From contig CBDETY010000003.1 in assembly GCA_965243025.1 (NCBI GenBank), positions 5,600,001 to 5,664,000 on the forward strand: a DNA stretch of 64,000 nt. The letters run 5' to 3'. This stretch comes from Candidatus Latescibacterota bacterium. Lineage in GTDB: Bacteria; Latescibacterota; UBA2968; UBA8231. Of the stretch, positions 1-9,464 are shown piece after piece. The position numbers and the translations under genes were made by a program. The notes beneath the pieces were generated by a model. It was not told the origin of the DNA. It did not search any database and saw only the letters and a list, made by a program, of their open reading frames with translations. Every line of letters begins with the position of its first letter. Positions within the stretch are counted from its first letter, which is position 1.

Positions 1-677
1 CCGCCGGGAAACTCCAGGAGAATGGTGGTCTCTTCGTCGATCCCGGTGTGGCCGCGGCGGCTGACGGCGAACACCGTTTCCGGCTCTGCTCCGTAGATGA
101 AGCGGGCGTGGTGGATGCAGTAGCAGGCGAGGTCGTAGACGGCGCCGCCGCCGCGGTCGGGATCCCAGCGCCAGTTGAGCTCCCTGCGGATCTGTTCGGC
201 CTGGACGCTGGTCGCGAAACTGCTCCGGATGGTGCGCACTTCGCCGCCGACGCCCGCGTCGACGAGCTCCTTGAGCTTCAGGTGCATGGGGTGGTGGCGG
301 AACTTGAAAGCCTCGGCCAGGAGCACGCCGTGGGCTTCGGCGGCCTCGACCATGCGGGCGCACTCGGCCGCGGTTGAGGAGATCGGCTTCTCGACCAGGA
401 TGGCCCGCACATTTCCCGATTCGGCCGCCCGCACTGCGACCTCGGCGTGGCTGTCACCCCAGGTGCAGACCGACAGGGTGTCGAGGTTCTCCTGCTCGAG
501 CATCCGCTCGAGATCGGTGTAGCGGGCGGCGACCCCGGTCTGGTCGCCGAAGCGCTGCAGGGCCTCCCCGGAGACGTCGCACAGGGCGACGAGGTCGACT
601 CCGCTCACCTGGCCCGCGGCGCGGGCGTGTGCGCCGGCGATGCCTCCGGCGCCGATGATCCCCATTCGGATGGCCAT
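1..677 (-). CDS. Gfo/Idh/MocA family oxidoreductase (3' end outside window)
   Basis: Not in ORF track; manual translation MAIRMGIIGAGGIA...ILVEKP...GGGAVYDLACYCIH; GGAGG-like RBS upstream. Confidence 0.9.
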   Translation of the reverse strand, partial: MAIRMGIIGAGGIAGAHARAAGQVSGVDLVALCDVSGEALQRFGDQTGVAARYTDLERMLEQENLDTLSVCTWGDSHAEVAVRAAESGNVRAILVEKPISSTAAECARMVEAAEAHGVLLAEAFKFRHHPMHLKLKELVDAGVGGEVRTIRSSFATSVQAEQIRRELNWRWDPDRGGGAVYDLACYCIHHARFIYGAEPETVFAVSRRGHTGIDEETTILLEFPG

Positions 678-891
678 TCCCACCCCCCTCCTTCGGTTTT
701 CGCCGGCAATGTACGCCAGGGAACGCCGGGGTTGAATGCCCCGGGCATCCCGGCGGACCCGGCCGGCCGGCGGGAAGGATCCAGGGCAGGATGCCGGTTT
801 CCTTTCGTACCCGATCCGGCCCCATCCGGCCGTTGACAAGGATCGTAGCGGCGAAGCTTTGCGGGACAAAGAGGAGCTGGTCCGCCCTTTG

Positions 892-923
892 TTGGCGCCC
901 GCAACGGGCAATTCTATATTGCC
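892..923 (+). promoter_or_regulatory. Putative sigma70 promoter TTGGCG-N17-TATATT with a GGCAAT-N5-ATTGCC palindrome over the -10
   Basis: Hexamers at 892-897 and 915-920; inverted repeat 907-912/918-923. Confidence 0.45.
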
Positions 924-1068
924 TGCCCTCTGACCGGAGAGCATGTCCAGGCTCACTTTCGGTTGGTGGCCGGCGGCCGCCGCGGTCAGGTTTCGCCTCG
1001 AAGCGGGAACCTCGGACAGGCACCGGCGGCATTTCGACAACTCTCGCGACAAAGGGAGCTGAAACGAC

Positions 1069-2091
1069 ATGGCAACGGCGATTGCAACCCGGAAGGTCGG
1101 CTCGACGGAGGTCGCCGTCTCCGAGTTCGGGCTCGGCACCGCTCCTCTCGGGGACCTGTTCGCGACGCTGACCGAGGAGGAGGCGCAGGCCGTCCTGCGG
1201 GCGGCCTGGGACAGCGGCGTGCGCTACTATGACACCGCCCCGTTCTACGGGCACACCAAGAGCGAGCACCGCACCGGCTGGTTCCTGCGCCAGCAGGAGC
1301 GCGGCGACTTCGTCCTCTCCACCAAGGTCGGCCGCATCTTCAAGGCGGTTTCGCCCGAGCGCTTCAGCCCGGAGTTCTGGAGCGCCCCGATGCCGTTCGA
1401 CCTCCACTTCGACTACAGCTACGACGGCGTCATGCGCTCCTGGGAGGACAGCCTGCAGCGGATGGGGCTCGAGCGCGTCGACATGCTGCTGATCCACGAT
1501 CTCGACCTCTGGTTCAACCAGACCGAGCAGCGCGTCCACTACTGGCTGGGCCAGCTCTACACCAGCGGCTGGCGCGCCCTCGCCGAGCTCAAGGCGAGCG
1601 GCCGCATCGGGGCGATCGGCGCCGGCATCAACGAGAACGGCATGATCCGGCGGTTTCTCGAAACCGTGCCCCTCGACTTCTTCATCGTCGCCCTGCCGTA
1701 CACCCTCCTCGACCAGGACGTGCTCGACGACGAGTTCCCGCTCTGCGGGAAGCACGGGGCCGGCGTCGTCATCGGCGCCCCGTTCGCCTCGGGCATCCTC
1801 GCGACCGGGCCCGTCGAAGGGGCCAACTACAAGTACGCCGCCGCTACCCCGGAGATCCTCGAGAAGACGCGGGCAATCGAGTCGGTCTGCGACTCCCACG
1901 GGGTGCCGCTGCGCGCCGCGGCCCTGCAGTTCCCGCTCGCCAATCCGCTCGTGGCCGCGATCATTCCCGGGGCGATCCGCCCGGAGCACGTGACCTCCAA
2001 CGTCGCCGACTACCGCCGCGACATACCGGCGGAGATGTGGGCGGAGCTGAAGTCGGCGGGGCTCATCCGCGAAGATGCCCCCACTCCCTGA
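1069..2091 (+). CDS. Aldo/keto reductase (D-threo-aldose dehydrogenase-like)
   Basis: GLGTAPLG, YYDTAPFYG, LSTKVGR, LLIHD motifs. Confidence 0.92.
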   Translation: MATAIATRKVGSTEVAVSEFGLGTAPLGDLFATLTEEEAQAVLRAAWDSGVRYYDTAPFYGHTKSEHRTGWFLRQQERGDFVLSTKVGRIFKAVSPERFSPEFWSAPMPFDLHFDYSYDGVMRSWEDSLQRMGLERVDMLLIHDLDLWFNQTEQRVHYWLGQLYTSGWRALAELKASGRIGAIGAGINENGMIRRFLETVPLDFFIVALPYTLLDQDVLDDEFPLCGKHGAGVVIGAPFASGILATGPVEGANYKYAAATPEILEKTRAIESVCDSHGVPLRAAALQFPLANPLVAAIIPGAIRPEHVTSNVADYRRDIPAEMWAELKSAGLIREDAPTP

Positions 2092-2866
2092 GGCGCCGGC
2101 GGGCGCCGGAACGCGGCAGCTGCGGCAGCAGCTCGAGCTCTACGAGGCCAACGGCTACCTCGTGGTCCCCGGGGCCCTGGACAGGGAGGAGGTGGCCGCC
2201 CTCAACGAGGCGGTCGACTCCGACCTGGCGGCCAACCCCACCCTGTGGCAGAACCGGGGCAACGCCCGCGTCGCCGTGCACGTCCTGATGGCCCACCCGG
2301 TCATGGACGGCACCATGAGGCCTGCCCGCCTGCTGCCCCTCCTCGAGGCGATCATGGGGCCGGAGCTGTGCGCCGAGGAGCACTCGGTCCGCATCCGCGT
2401 CCCCAACCCCGACGGCGAGCCCGAGTGCCACTGGCACCGGGACGCGCAGCGCCCCGACGCCGGCGTCCCCTACCGGACCCGCTACCTGTCGGTGGTCTAC
2501 TACCTTTCCGACGTCGACGCCGGCACCCACACCTTCAGCGTCATCCCCGGGTCGGGGCAGGGTGAGGAGCTGCCCCCGGTCGAGGAGTACGACCTCGGCG
2601 CCGCCCACCACATCGAGGGCCCCGCCGGCACCGCGGTGCTGTTCAACGCCGCGACCATCCACGCCGGCAACGTGCGCCGCACCGACCGGGAGCGCCGCAC
2701 CATTCACATCTACTGCGGCCGCTCGAGCGACCGCCACCTGAGCAACTACACCATCTTTCCCGGGCGGCTGCTCTACGCCGGGGAGGAAGCGGTGCGGCGC
2801 TACTACGGCCGCCCCAACGCCATCACCCGCCTGGTGCAGGACCACTTCGAAGGAGGAAGGGCATGA
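2075..2866 (+). CDS. Phytanoyl-CoA dioxygenase (PhyH) family protein
   Basis: NGYLVVPGAL, WHRD (HxD), distal HAG. Confidence 0.88.
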   Translation: MPPLPEAPAGAGTRQLRQQLELYEANGYLVVPGALDREEVAALNEAVDSDLAANPTLWQNRGNARVAVHVLMAHPVMDGTMRPARLLPLLEAIMGPELCAEEHSVRIRVPNPDGEPECHWHRDAQRPDAGVPYRTRYLSVVYYLSDVDAGTHTFSVIPGSGQGEELPPVEEYDLGAAHHIEGPAGTAVLFNAATIHAGNVRRTDRERRTIHIYCGRSSDRHLSNYTIFPGRLLYAGEEAVRRYYGRPNAITRLVQDHFEGGRA

Positions 2867-3642
2867 GACTGGAGAACCGGATTGCCATCGTCACCGGGGC
2901 CGCCGGGGGCATCGGGGCGGCGAGCGTGCGGCGCTTCGCGGAGGAAGGGGCGAAGGTGACCGCCGTCGACATCGACGGCGAGCGGCTCGAACGGACGGTT
3001 GCCGAGGTCAACGCCGGGATCCCCGGCTCGACCACGGCGCACGCCGCCGACGTCGGCAAGGCGGCGGAGGTAGAAGCCCTGGTCGCCGCAACCGTGGCGC
3101 AGCGCGGCCGCCTCGACGTCGTCTTCAGCAACGCCGGCATCATGAGGGACGGCTCGGTCGTCGACCTGCCGGAAAGCGACTGGGACCAGCTGTTCTCCGT
3201 CAACGTCAAGGGGACCTTCCTGCTCGGCAAGTACGGGGTGCCGGCCATGCGCGCGGGAGGGGGCGGCGCCTTCGTCGTCACCGCCTCGGCCAACAGCTTC
3301 TACGCCGAGTCGGACATCGCCGGGTACTGCGCCACCAAGGGGGCGGTGATCCAGCTCACCCGCGCCATGGCCATCGACCACGGCCCCGAGAACATCCGCG
3401 TTAACTGCATCTGCCCCGGCTGGATCGAGACGCCGATGTCGCAGCCCTTCCTCGAAGAGAACCCCGAGGGCCGCAGGTTCGCCGGCACCATAGCCCCCCT
3501 CGGCCGCATCGGGCAGCCGGAGGAGGTCGCCGAGGTCGCGGTATTCCTCGCCAGCGACGAGGCGCGCTTCGTCACCGCTTCCGCCTTCAACTGCGACGGC
3601 GGCTGGACCGCGGGCATGACCAAGGCCCTCGCCCTGATCTAG
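2863..3642 (+). CDS. SDR family oxidoreductase
   Basis: TGAAGGIG, SNAG, YCATK; ATGA overlap with upstream gene. Confidence 0.93.
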   Translation: MRLENRIAIVTGAAGGIGAASVRRFAEEGAKVTAVDIDGERLERTVAEVNAGIPGSTTAHAADVGKAAEVEALVAATVAQRGRLDVVFSNAGIMRDGSVVDLPESDWDQLFSVNVKGTFLLGKYGVPAMRAGGGGAFVVTASANSFYAESDIAGYCATKGAVIQLTRAMAIDHGPENIRVNCICPGWIETPMSQPFLEENPEGRRFAGTIAPLGRIGQPEEVAEVAVFLASDEARFVTASAFNCDGGWTAGMTKALALI

Positions 3643-3661
3643 TGGAGCGCCGGAGGCCGCC

Positions 3662-4276
3662 ATCCGTCTCTTCAAGCCGAATCTGCCGCAGCTGGTGATG
3701 GAGCGGCCTTCGCTCGCCGGGCTGCCGCCGGCCGAGGTCCCGGAAGGGTACTGCCTGCGGCACTTCCGCCCCGGCGACGAGGAGGGCTGGAACCGCCTGA
3801 TGGACGCCGCCTTCGAGCGGGCTGCCGGCACCACCGATTTCGCCGAGTCGATGGCGGCGGATCCGGTGTACCGGGCGGAGCGGGTCAAGCTGGTGGTGAG
3901 CGCCGGCGGGGAGATCGCCGCCACCGCCTCGGCCTGGACGCATCCGCCCGTGGGCTCCCGCCGGGGGATGCTGCACTGGGTAGGCACCGACCCCGGCCAC
4001 GCCGGGAAGAAGCTGGGGACAGCGGTCTCCATCGCCGCCATGGAGCACTCGCGGGAGGAGGGGCGCATTGCCATGGCCCTGCTGACCGACGATTTCCGCA
4101 CCGCGGCCCAGAAGACCTACCTGCGGCTGGGGTTCGAGCCCCGCTGCACCCACAAGAGCCATCCCGAACGCTGGAGGCGGATTCTGGCGGACCTCCGCTG
4201 GCCGGAGAACTTCGAACAGATACTTCAGGGACCGCTGGTACGGCTCGACGACGAAGGGCAGGCAGGGGAAGGATGA
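3662..4276 (+). CDS. GNAT family N-acetyltransferase (start possibly ATC 3662; first canonical start 3695)
   Basis: HWVGTDPGHAGKKLG motif A, YLRLGF; GGAGG 5 nt before ATC. Confidence 0.8.
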   Translation: MRLFKPNLPQLVMERPSLAGLPPAEVPEGYCLRHFRPGDEEGWNRLMDAAFERAAGTTDFAESMAADPVYRAERVKLVVSAGGEIAATASAWTHPPVGSRRGMLHWVGTDPGHAGKKLGTAVSIAAMEHSREEGRIAMALLTDDFRTAAQKTYLRLGFEPRCTHKSHPERWRRILADLRWPENFEQILQGPLVRLDDEGQAGEG

Positions 4277-4565
4277 GACGCTGGATTCCGCCGGAGCCGG
4301 GCTGACGGCATTGGACCGGGGCCCAACAACCGGCCGGCCGACAAACGAGGGTCCGGGTCCCCGTAGATATCCCGCCCTGCTGGCCATACACCCTCGGGTA
4401 CGACTCGCTGCCTGCCTCGCGACGGCCTGTCTGACGCCCGCTTGGCTTGCGGACAGGGACAGGCAGGCACGGCTCAGACGCCTGGCGTGCCGGGGTGCCC
4501 CGGCGGCGGGATTTATGCAAACTTTTTCGGGGCAGGACACAGAAGACTGAAAGGAGAACACCGAG

Positions 4566-5666
4566 TTGACAGCCGAACTTGAGGACCGAGGATCGCAGAT
4601 CCGGGTGACGTCGCTGACCGCATACCCGATGGACCCGAAGGCCTACGTCAAGATCGAGACCAGCATGGGGGTGACCGGCTGGGGGGAGATCAACAACATG
4701 GAGTCCGGGGTCGCCTGCGCCCTGGCGCGGTCGCTGTCGGAGATCGTCATAGGGGAGAACCCGACGCGGATGGAGCACCTGTGGCAGCGGATGTTCCGGG
4801 CGCACCGCAACATCCGCGGCGGCGGCCTGATGGTGCACACCATCTCGGGGATCGACATGGCGCTGTGGGACATCGCCGGCAAGCTCTACGGAGTGCCGGT
4901 CTACCGCCTTCTCGGGGGGCCAGTGCGCGACAAGATCTGGAAATACCCAAGCTCCAAGGCGGTCAAGGTGGGGCCGCCCGGGTCGCAGTACCACGCCGGG
5001 ACGCCGGCGGAGATCGACGTGCTCGTGCAGAGGGTGCGGGAGGCGCGGGCCAAGGTCGGCCACGACGGCGCCGTGATGTTCGACGCCCACAGCATGCTGC
5101 CGCCCCCGATCGTCAAACAGTTCGCGGCGCAGCTCAAGCCGGACGACCTGCTGTTCCTCGAGGAGGCCTGGGTGCCGGGCAACATCGAGGTGATGGCGAA
5201 GCTGCGGCCGTCGGTGCCGGTGCCGCTGGCGACCGGCGAGCGCGACCGCACCATCTGGGAGGTGCGCGAGATTCTCGAGGCGCAGGTGATCGACATCCTG
5301 CAGCCGGACTGCGGCCACGGCGGCGGCATCAGCCAGATGCGCAAGGTCGCCGCCCTCGCCGAGGCCCACCACGTGCCGATCGCCCCGCACTGCACCATGT
5401 CCCACCTCGGGCTGACGGCGAGCCTGCAGGTGTCGGCCGCGGTGCCGTTCTTCCTGATCCACGAGGGGTACGAGGGGGTGCTGCCGGACGGCGTCGCCCG
5501 CAAGCACTGGGAGATGGACGAGGCGGGGTACGTGTCGCTTCCCGAGGGCCCCGGACTCGGGGTCGAGGTCGACGAGGCCAAGGTCGTCGAGCTGGCCTCG
5601 GACCGGTCGCGGAAGTTCAGCTGGCCGAACGCCCGTCTGCGCGACGGCTCGGTCGCCGACTACTGA
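4566..5666 (+). CDS. Mandelate racemase/muconate lactonizing family (galactonate dehydratase-like)
   Basis: SGIDMALWDIAGK, MFDAH, FLEE, ATGER, APH motifs; AAGGAG RBS before TTG. Confidence 0.9.
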   Translation: MTAELEDRGSQIRVTSLTAYPMDPKAYVKIETSMGVTGWGEINNMESGVACALARSLSEIVIGENPTRMEHLWQRMFRAHRNIRGGGLMVHTISGIDMALWDIAGKLYGVPVYRLLGGPVRDKIWKYPSSKAVKVGPPGSQYHAGTPAEIDVLVQRVREARAKVGHDGAVMFDAHSMLPPPIVKQFAAQLKPDDLLFLEEAWVPGNIEVMAKLRPSVPVPLATGERDRTIWEVREILEAQVIDILQPDCGHGGGISQMRKVAALAEAHHVPIAPHCTMSHLGLTASLQVSAAVPFFLIHEGYEGVLPDGVARKHWEMDEAGYVSLPEGPGLGVEVDEAKVVELASDRSRKFSWPNARLRDGSVADY

Positions 5667-5721
5667 GCGTGCTGGTCGCCGGGGCGCCGGGGGCCCGGGG
5701 CGCGCCTGGCATTCCGGGAAT

Positions 5722-5836
5722 CTCCGGGTCCGCCAATCAGGAAGGCTTCACGCCGCCCGGCCTGGGTGCGGGACGGGCAATCCGGAGTTCTCGCCGGGCT
5801 CCGGGTCCGCCAATCAGGAACGTTGCACGCTGCCCG
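5722..5836. repeat. Two-copy direct repeat, exact 22-bp core CTCCGGGTCCGCCAATCAGGAA, 77-bp period
   Basis: Copies at 5722-5743 and 5799-5820; similarity continues 16 bp downstream (12/16). Confidence 0.85.
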
Positions 5837-5907
5837 CCGCCCTTTGATCCACCGGGGTCGACCGGGACCGATGCGAAACTGCTGAGGCACCGAAGAAAGG
5901 AGCCGCC

Positions 5908-7260
5908 GTGAGCACTGCGGACTGCGACAGTCTGTTCCACCGCGACCTCAACCAGGAGTACCCGGTCATGGTCCGCGGCGAGGGGATCTACCTCTTCGAC
6001 GACGCGGGCCGGCGCTACATCGACGGCCACTCCGGTGCCGGCAACGTCATCCTCGGCCACGGCAACAAGCGCATCGCCGCGGCCATGGCCGAGCAGGCCG
6101 GGACCCTGGCGTACTGCTTCTCCGCCTTCCACACCAACCAGCCGGCGCGCGAGCTGTCGCAGCGGATCGCCGCCCTGGCCCCGGGCGACCTCGACTGCGT
6201 CTACTTCGTCAGCGGCGGCTCGGAGGGGATCGAGACGGCGCTCAAGATCGCGCGGCAGTACCACCTGCAGCAGGGGAACAGGCAGAAGTTCCGGGTGATC
6301 GCCCGCTGGCGCGGCTACCACGGGGCCACCCTCGGGGCGCTGTCGGCCACCGGCATGCCGGCGATCCGGGAGCCGTTCTCCCCGTGGCTGCTGCCGTTCC
6401 ACCACATCGCCCCCTGCTACCCCTACCGCTGCTCCTTCGCCGGCTGCGACAGCCGCTGCAACTACAGCTGCGCCAACGAGCTCGAGAAGGCGATCCTGCA
6501 GCTCGGGCCCGACAACGTCGCCGCCTTCGTCGCCGAGCCGGTGGTCCAGGGGGGCATCGCCGCCGGCGTCCCGCCGGAGGAGTACTACGGAATCGTGCGC
6601 GAGACCTGCGACAAGTACGGCGTGCTCTTCATCGCCGACGAGATCATAACCGGCTTCGGCCGCACCGGGAAGCCGTTCGCCATCGAGCACTGGGGCGTGG
6701 TGCCGGACATGATCGTCTTCGGCAAGGCGGCGAGCGCGGGGTACTGTCCGCTGAGCGGGGTTATAATGCGCGGCGGGATCCGCGACAGCTTCCGTGCCAG
6801 CGGCGACAGCTTCGCCCACGTCTTCACCTACGTCGACAACCCGGTCGCCATGCGCGTCGGCCTGACGGTGCAGGACATTCTCGAGGAGGAGCAGGTGATT
6901 GCCGGGGCCGCGGCGACCGGGGTTTACCTGCACGAGCAGGCACGGCAGCGGCTCGAGCGCCATCCCATCGTCGGCGAGATCCGCGGCAGGGGGATGCTGC
7001 TGGGGATCGAGTTGGTCAGGGACCGCGGCACCCGCGAGCCGTTCCCGGCCTCGGAGAACGTCCACAAGCGGATGGTCGAGCTGATGTTCGAGCGCGGACT
7101 GTCAGCCTCTGGGACGGGCGGCTGCGCCGACTGGAAGAACGGCGACGACGTGCGCTTCTACCCGCCGCTGATCACCACCCCGGACCAGGTCGACGAGGGG
7201 CTGGGGATCATCGACGAGGCGCTCGGCCGGATCGAGGGAGAGCTCGGTGTCGCAGGCTGA
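5908..7260 (+). CDS. Class III PLP-dependent aminotransferase
   Basis: SGGSEG, GYHG, FIADEIITGFGRTG, PDMIVFGK. Confidence 0.93.
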   Translation: MSTADCDSLFHRDLNQEYPVMVRGEGIYLFDDAGRRYIDGHSGAGNVILGHGNKRIAAAMAEQAGTLAYCFSAFHTNQPARELSQRIAALAPGDLDCVYFVSGGSEGIETALKIARQYHLQQGNRQKFRVIARWRGYHGATLGALSATGMPAIREPFSPWLLPFHHIAPCYPYRCSFAGCDSRCNYSCANELEKAILQLGPDNVAAFVAEPVVQGGIAAGVPPEEYYGIVRETCDKYGVLFIADEIITGFGRTGKPFAIEHWGVVPDMIVFGKAASAGYCPLSGVIMRGGIRDSFRASGDSFAHVFTYVDNPVAMRVGLTVQDILEEEQVIAGAAATGVYLHEQARQRLERHPIVGEIRGRGMLLGIELVRDRGTREPFPASENVHKRMVELMFERGLSASGTGGCADWKNGDDVRFYPPLITTPDQVDEGLGIIDEALGRIEGELGVAG

Positions 7261-7405
7261 AACCGCGGGGGCGCGGCGTGAGTTGATGCGGTTGCGGCTC
7301 CGCTACCTGTAGCGGAAGGGCGAGGGACCGGGCAGGGCTATCCCGTTTTCAAGTGGGGCCGCACCTCGCGGTCCAGACGGTCGGAGTCGCTGCGCAGCCA
7401 GCGGC

Positions 7406-8050
7406 TCAGGACGTGATCAGGAAGGTCGCGAACATCGCGACCCAGACTCCCTCCAGGAAATGCCAGTAGGTCGCGCAGCCGCGCACGGTGGGCAGGTGCT
7501 CCAGCCCGAGGCGCCCGTAGGCCGCGCGCCAGGCGAGTGAGCCCAGAGGCACCAGGCCGCCGAGCACGTGGGCGGCGTGGATGGCGATCAGGCAGAAGGT
7601 CACCCCCTCCATGCCGAGACCCGGCGTGGTCAGGGAGAGCTCGTGCTCGTGGAAGAGGCGGACGACCGCGTGCGACTGCACCGCGACGAAGGCGATGCTG
7701 GTGAAGAAGGTGACCTTCACCCAGCGCCGCACCCCGTCGACGCGTGCCCGGCGGGCGTTCCAGGCGGCGCCCTCGATAGCCATTCCCGCGAGCAGCAGGA
7801 TGGCCGTCGACAGCCACATCGCCACCGGCGGAGGCTTGCTGACCGGCGGATACTCCGGGGGACGCGACAGGTCTGTCAGGACGAACACCAGCAGGGACGC
7901 CGCGAAGAAGAGGCCGAGCGATATCAGGAACAGGCGCATCCCCATGCGGCGGACCGAGCCGGCGTCCGGCAGCGGCGCCCTGTGCGGGGGTTCGCCGGGA
8001 GGGGGTCCCTCTTCGGGAAGCTCGGGGAACTGTTCGGGGGGGCGTGCCAA
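7406..8050 (-). CDS. Heme-copper oxidase subunit III-like membrane protein (start uncertain)
   Basis: GMRLFLIS, HAAHVLGG, YWHFL motifs; about 5 TM helices. Confidence 0.82.
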   Translation of the reverse strand: MARPPEQFPELPEEGPPPGEPPHRAPLPDAGSVRRMGMRLFLISLGLFFAASLLVFVLTDLSRPPEYPPVSKPPPVAMWLSTAILLLAGMAIEGAAWNARRARVDGVRRWVKVTFFTSIAFVAVQSHAVVRLFHEHELSLTTPGLGMEGVTFCLIAIHAAHVLGGLVPLGSLAWRAAYGRLGLEHLPTVRGCATYWHFLEGVWVAMFATFLITS

Positions 8051-8111
8051 GGGGTTTTTCGGGTGCGGTTGGGTAGCGGCGATCCGGTATATTAAGGGAA
8101 ATTGGCGGGGT

Positions 8112-8240
8112 CGTTGCCGGCGCTTTGCGACCGGTCTCGAGAAGTTTCAGAAAACCTACCGCCATACCGTCAACTTCTGGCAGTGGTTCGACAACAGCGG
8201 CCGCGTTCCCAAATTGATTGACAAGGGAGAAAACTTGTGA
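8112..8240 (+). pseudogene. 3' remnant of a zeta-toxin/AAA-family ATPase gene
   Basis: RRFATGLEKFQKTYRHTVNFWQWFDNSGRVPKLIDKGE resembles that family's C-terminus; its stop overlaps the GTG of the next small ORF. Confidence 0.55.
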
Positions 8241-8440
8241 CTGAACGAAACCGGGAGACCCCTGCCTCGCAACATGGCGACAAGGAAACGCAGGATGTCC
8301 TTAAGGCGCTGCACCGGGCCGCCAGACGGGCACACAGGACCGCGCACCAACACAAGACCGGGGTCGTGGTTATGGAAAATGGCAAGGTCGTAGAAATCGA
8401 GCCGGATCCCGAGATGTACGGCGACTATCCGGAGAAATAG
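8237..8440 (+). CDS. Small hypothetical protein, putative partner of zeta/AAA ATPase
   Basis: AAGGGAG RBS; ALHRAARRA...VVVMENGKVVEI pattern; overlaps Fic start. Confidence 0.65.
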   Translation: MTERNRETPASQHGDKETQDVLKALHRAARRAHRTAHQHKTGVVVMENGKVVEIEPDPEMYGDYPEK

Positions 8441-9213
8441 TGCAGCAGGTTGCAGCACAATTGAACGAGGCGCCCCCCTACCGGATCACCCCGGAGATAC
8501 TTTCCCTGGTGGAGCGGATCGGGGAGGCCATCGGGCGGGCGGAGGCTTCCGGCGTCCCGCAGGATCTGCGGCTGCGGCGTATCAACCGCATCCGCACCAT
8601 ACAGGGATCGCTGGCGATCGAGGGGAACACCCTGACCGAGGGACAGATATCGACGCTGTTGGACGGCAAACCGGTCGCCGGACCCCTGCGGGAAATCCAG
8701 GAAGCCCGCAACGCCATCAAGGCGTACGACGTGTACGAGGCGTGGGATCCGGCCAACGAGGCCGACCTCCTGGAGGCGCACCGAATCCTGATGGCCGGCC
8801 TGCTGGACAGGCCGGGGAGTTACCGCCGCGGCCGGGTGATGGTCGGAGGACCTGGCGGGGTCCACCACGTCGGCCCGCCCCCGGCCCGGGTGCCGGAGCA
8901 GATGGGGAAGCTGCTTGGGTGGGTGGGAAGTGCCGGGGAGCATCCGCTGATCGCCGGTTCGGTCTTTCATTACGAGTTCGAGTTCATCCATCCCTTCGAG
9001 GACGGCAACGGCCGCATGGGGCGGCTGTGGCAGACGCTGATTCTGACGCGCTGGCGGGACCTGTTCGCTCATCTTCCGGTCGAGAGCCTCGTGCACGCCC
9101 GCCAGAGCGACTACTACGCCGCCATCCGCGAGAGCACGGCCGCCGGGGAGAGCACGCCCTTCATCCTGTTCATGCTGGAAATCATCCGGCTTGCGGTTGA
9201 GGAGCAGACCTGA
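8440..9213 (+). CDS. Fic family protein
   Basis: Canonical HPFEDGNGRMGR motif; N-terminal SLAIEGN inhibitory-like motif. Confidence 0.93.
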   Translation: MQQVAAQLNEAPPYRITPEILSLVERIGEAIGRAEASGVPQDLRLRRINRIRTIQGSLAIEGNTLTEGQISTLLDGKPVAGPLREIQEARNAIKAYDVYEAWDPANEADLLEAHRILMAGLLDRPGSYRRGRVMVGGPGGVHHVGPPPARVPEQMGKLLGWVGSAGEHPLIAGSVFHYEFEFIHPFEDGNGRMGRLWQTLILTRWRDLFAHLPVESLVHARQSDYYAAIRESTAAGESTPFILFMLEIIRLAVEEQT

Positions 9214-9219
9214 GCGGGG

Positions 9220-9250
9220 ATGCCAGGCCTGGGGCAACCTGGCCTGGCAT
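9220..9250. repeat. Inverted repeat ATGCCAGGCC-N11-GGCCTGGCAT after fic
   Basis: Perfect 10-bp arms, no U-tract. Confidence 0.6.
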
Positions 9251-9464
9251 GCATCAATTGTCCTTCTGTTTGAGCGAGCGGCGTGAACTTCCGCGGCCCT
9301 CGAGAGGTCCCTGCCCGGGGTTGATTTTTCGGGGCCCGCGGCCAAAGTTCCCCTTCAGTTGACCGTTGCGAGAGCTGCCGGCCGGTACCGTCCCGGCAGC
9401 GGCGGCTGCTGAAAACGCCGACCGGAAGCGCATCTCGTTCCGCGATAGCGGCAAAGGATTCCAA

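Noticed and set aside
934-1026. Glycine riboswitch
   Set aside because: GGAGAG is present but the CCGAAG and CUCUCAGG core motifs are absent.
4409-4469. TGCCTGCC...GGCAGGCA stem-loop as a REP family member
   Set aside because: Imperfect, only one loosely similar site (about 34075-34110), and plausible by chance at this GC.
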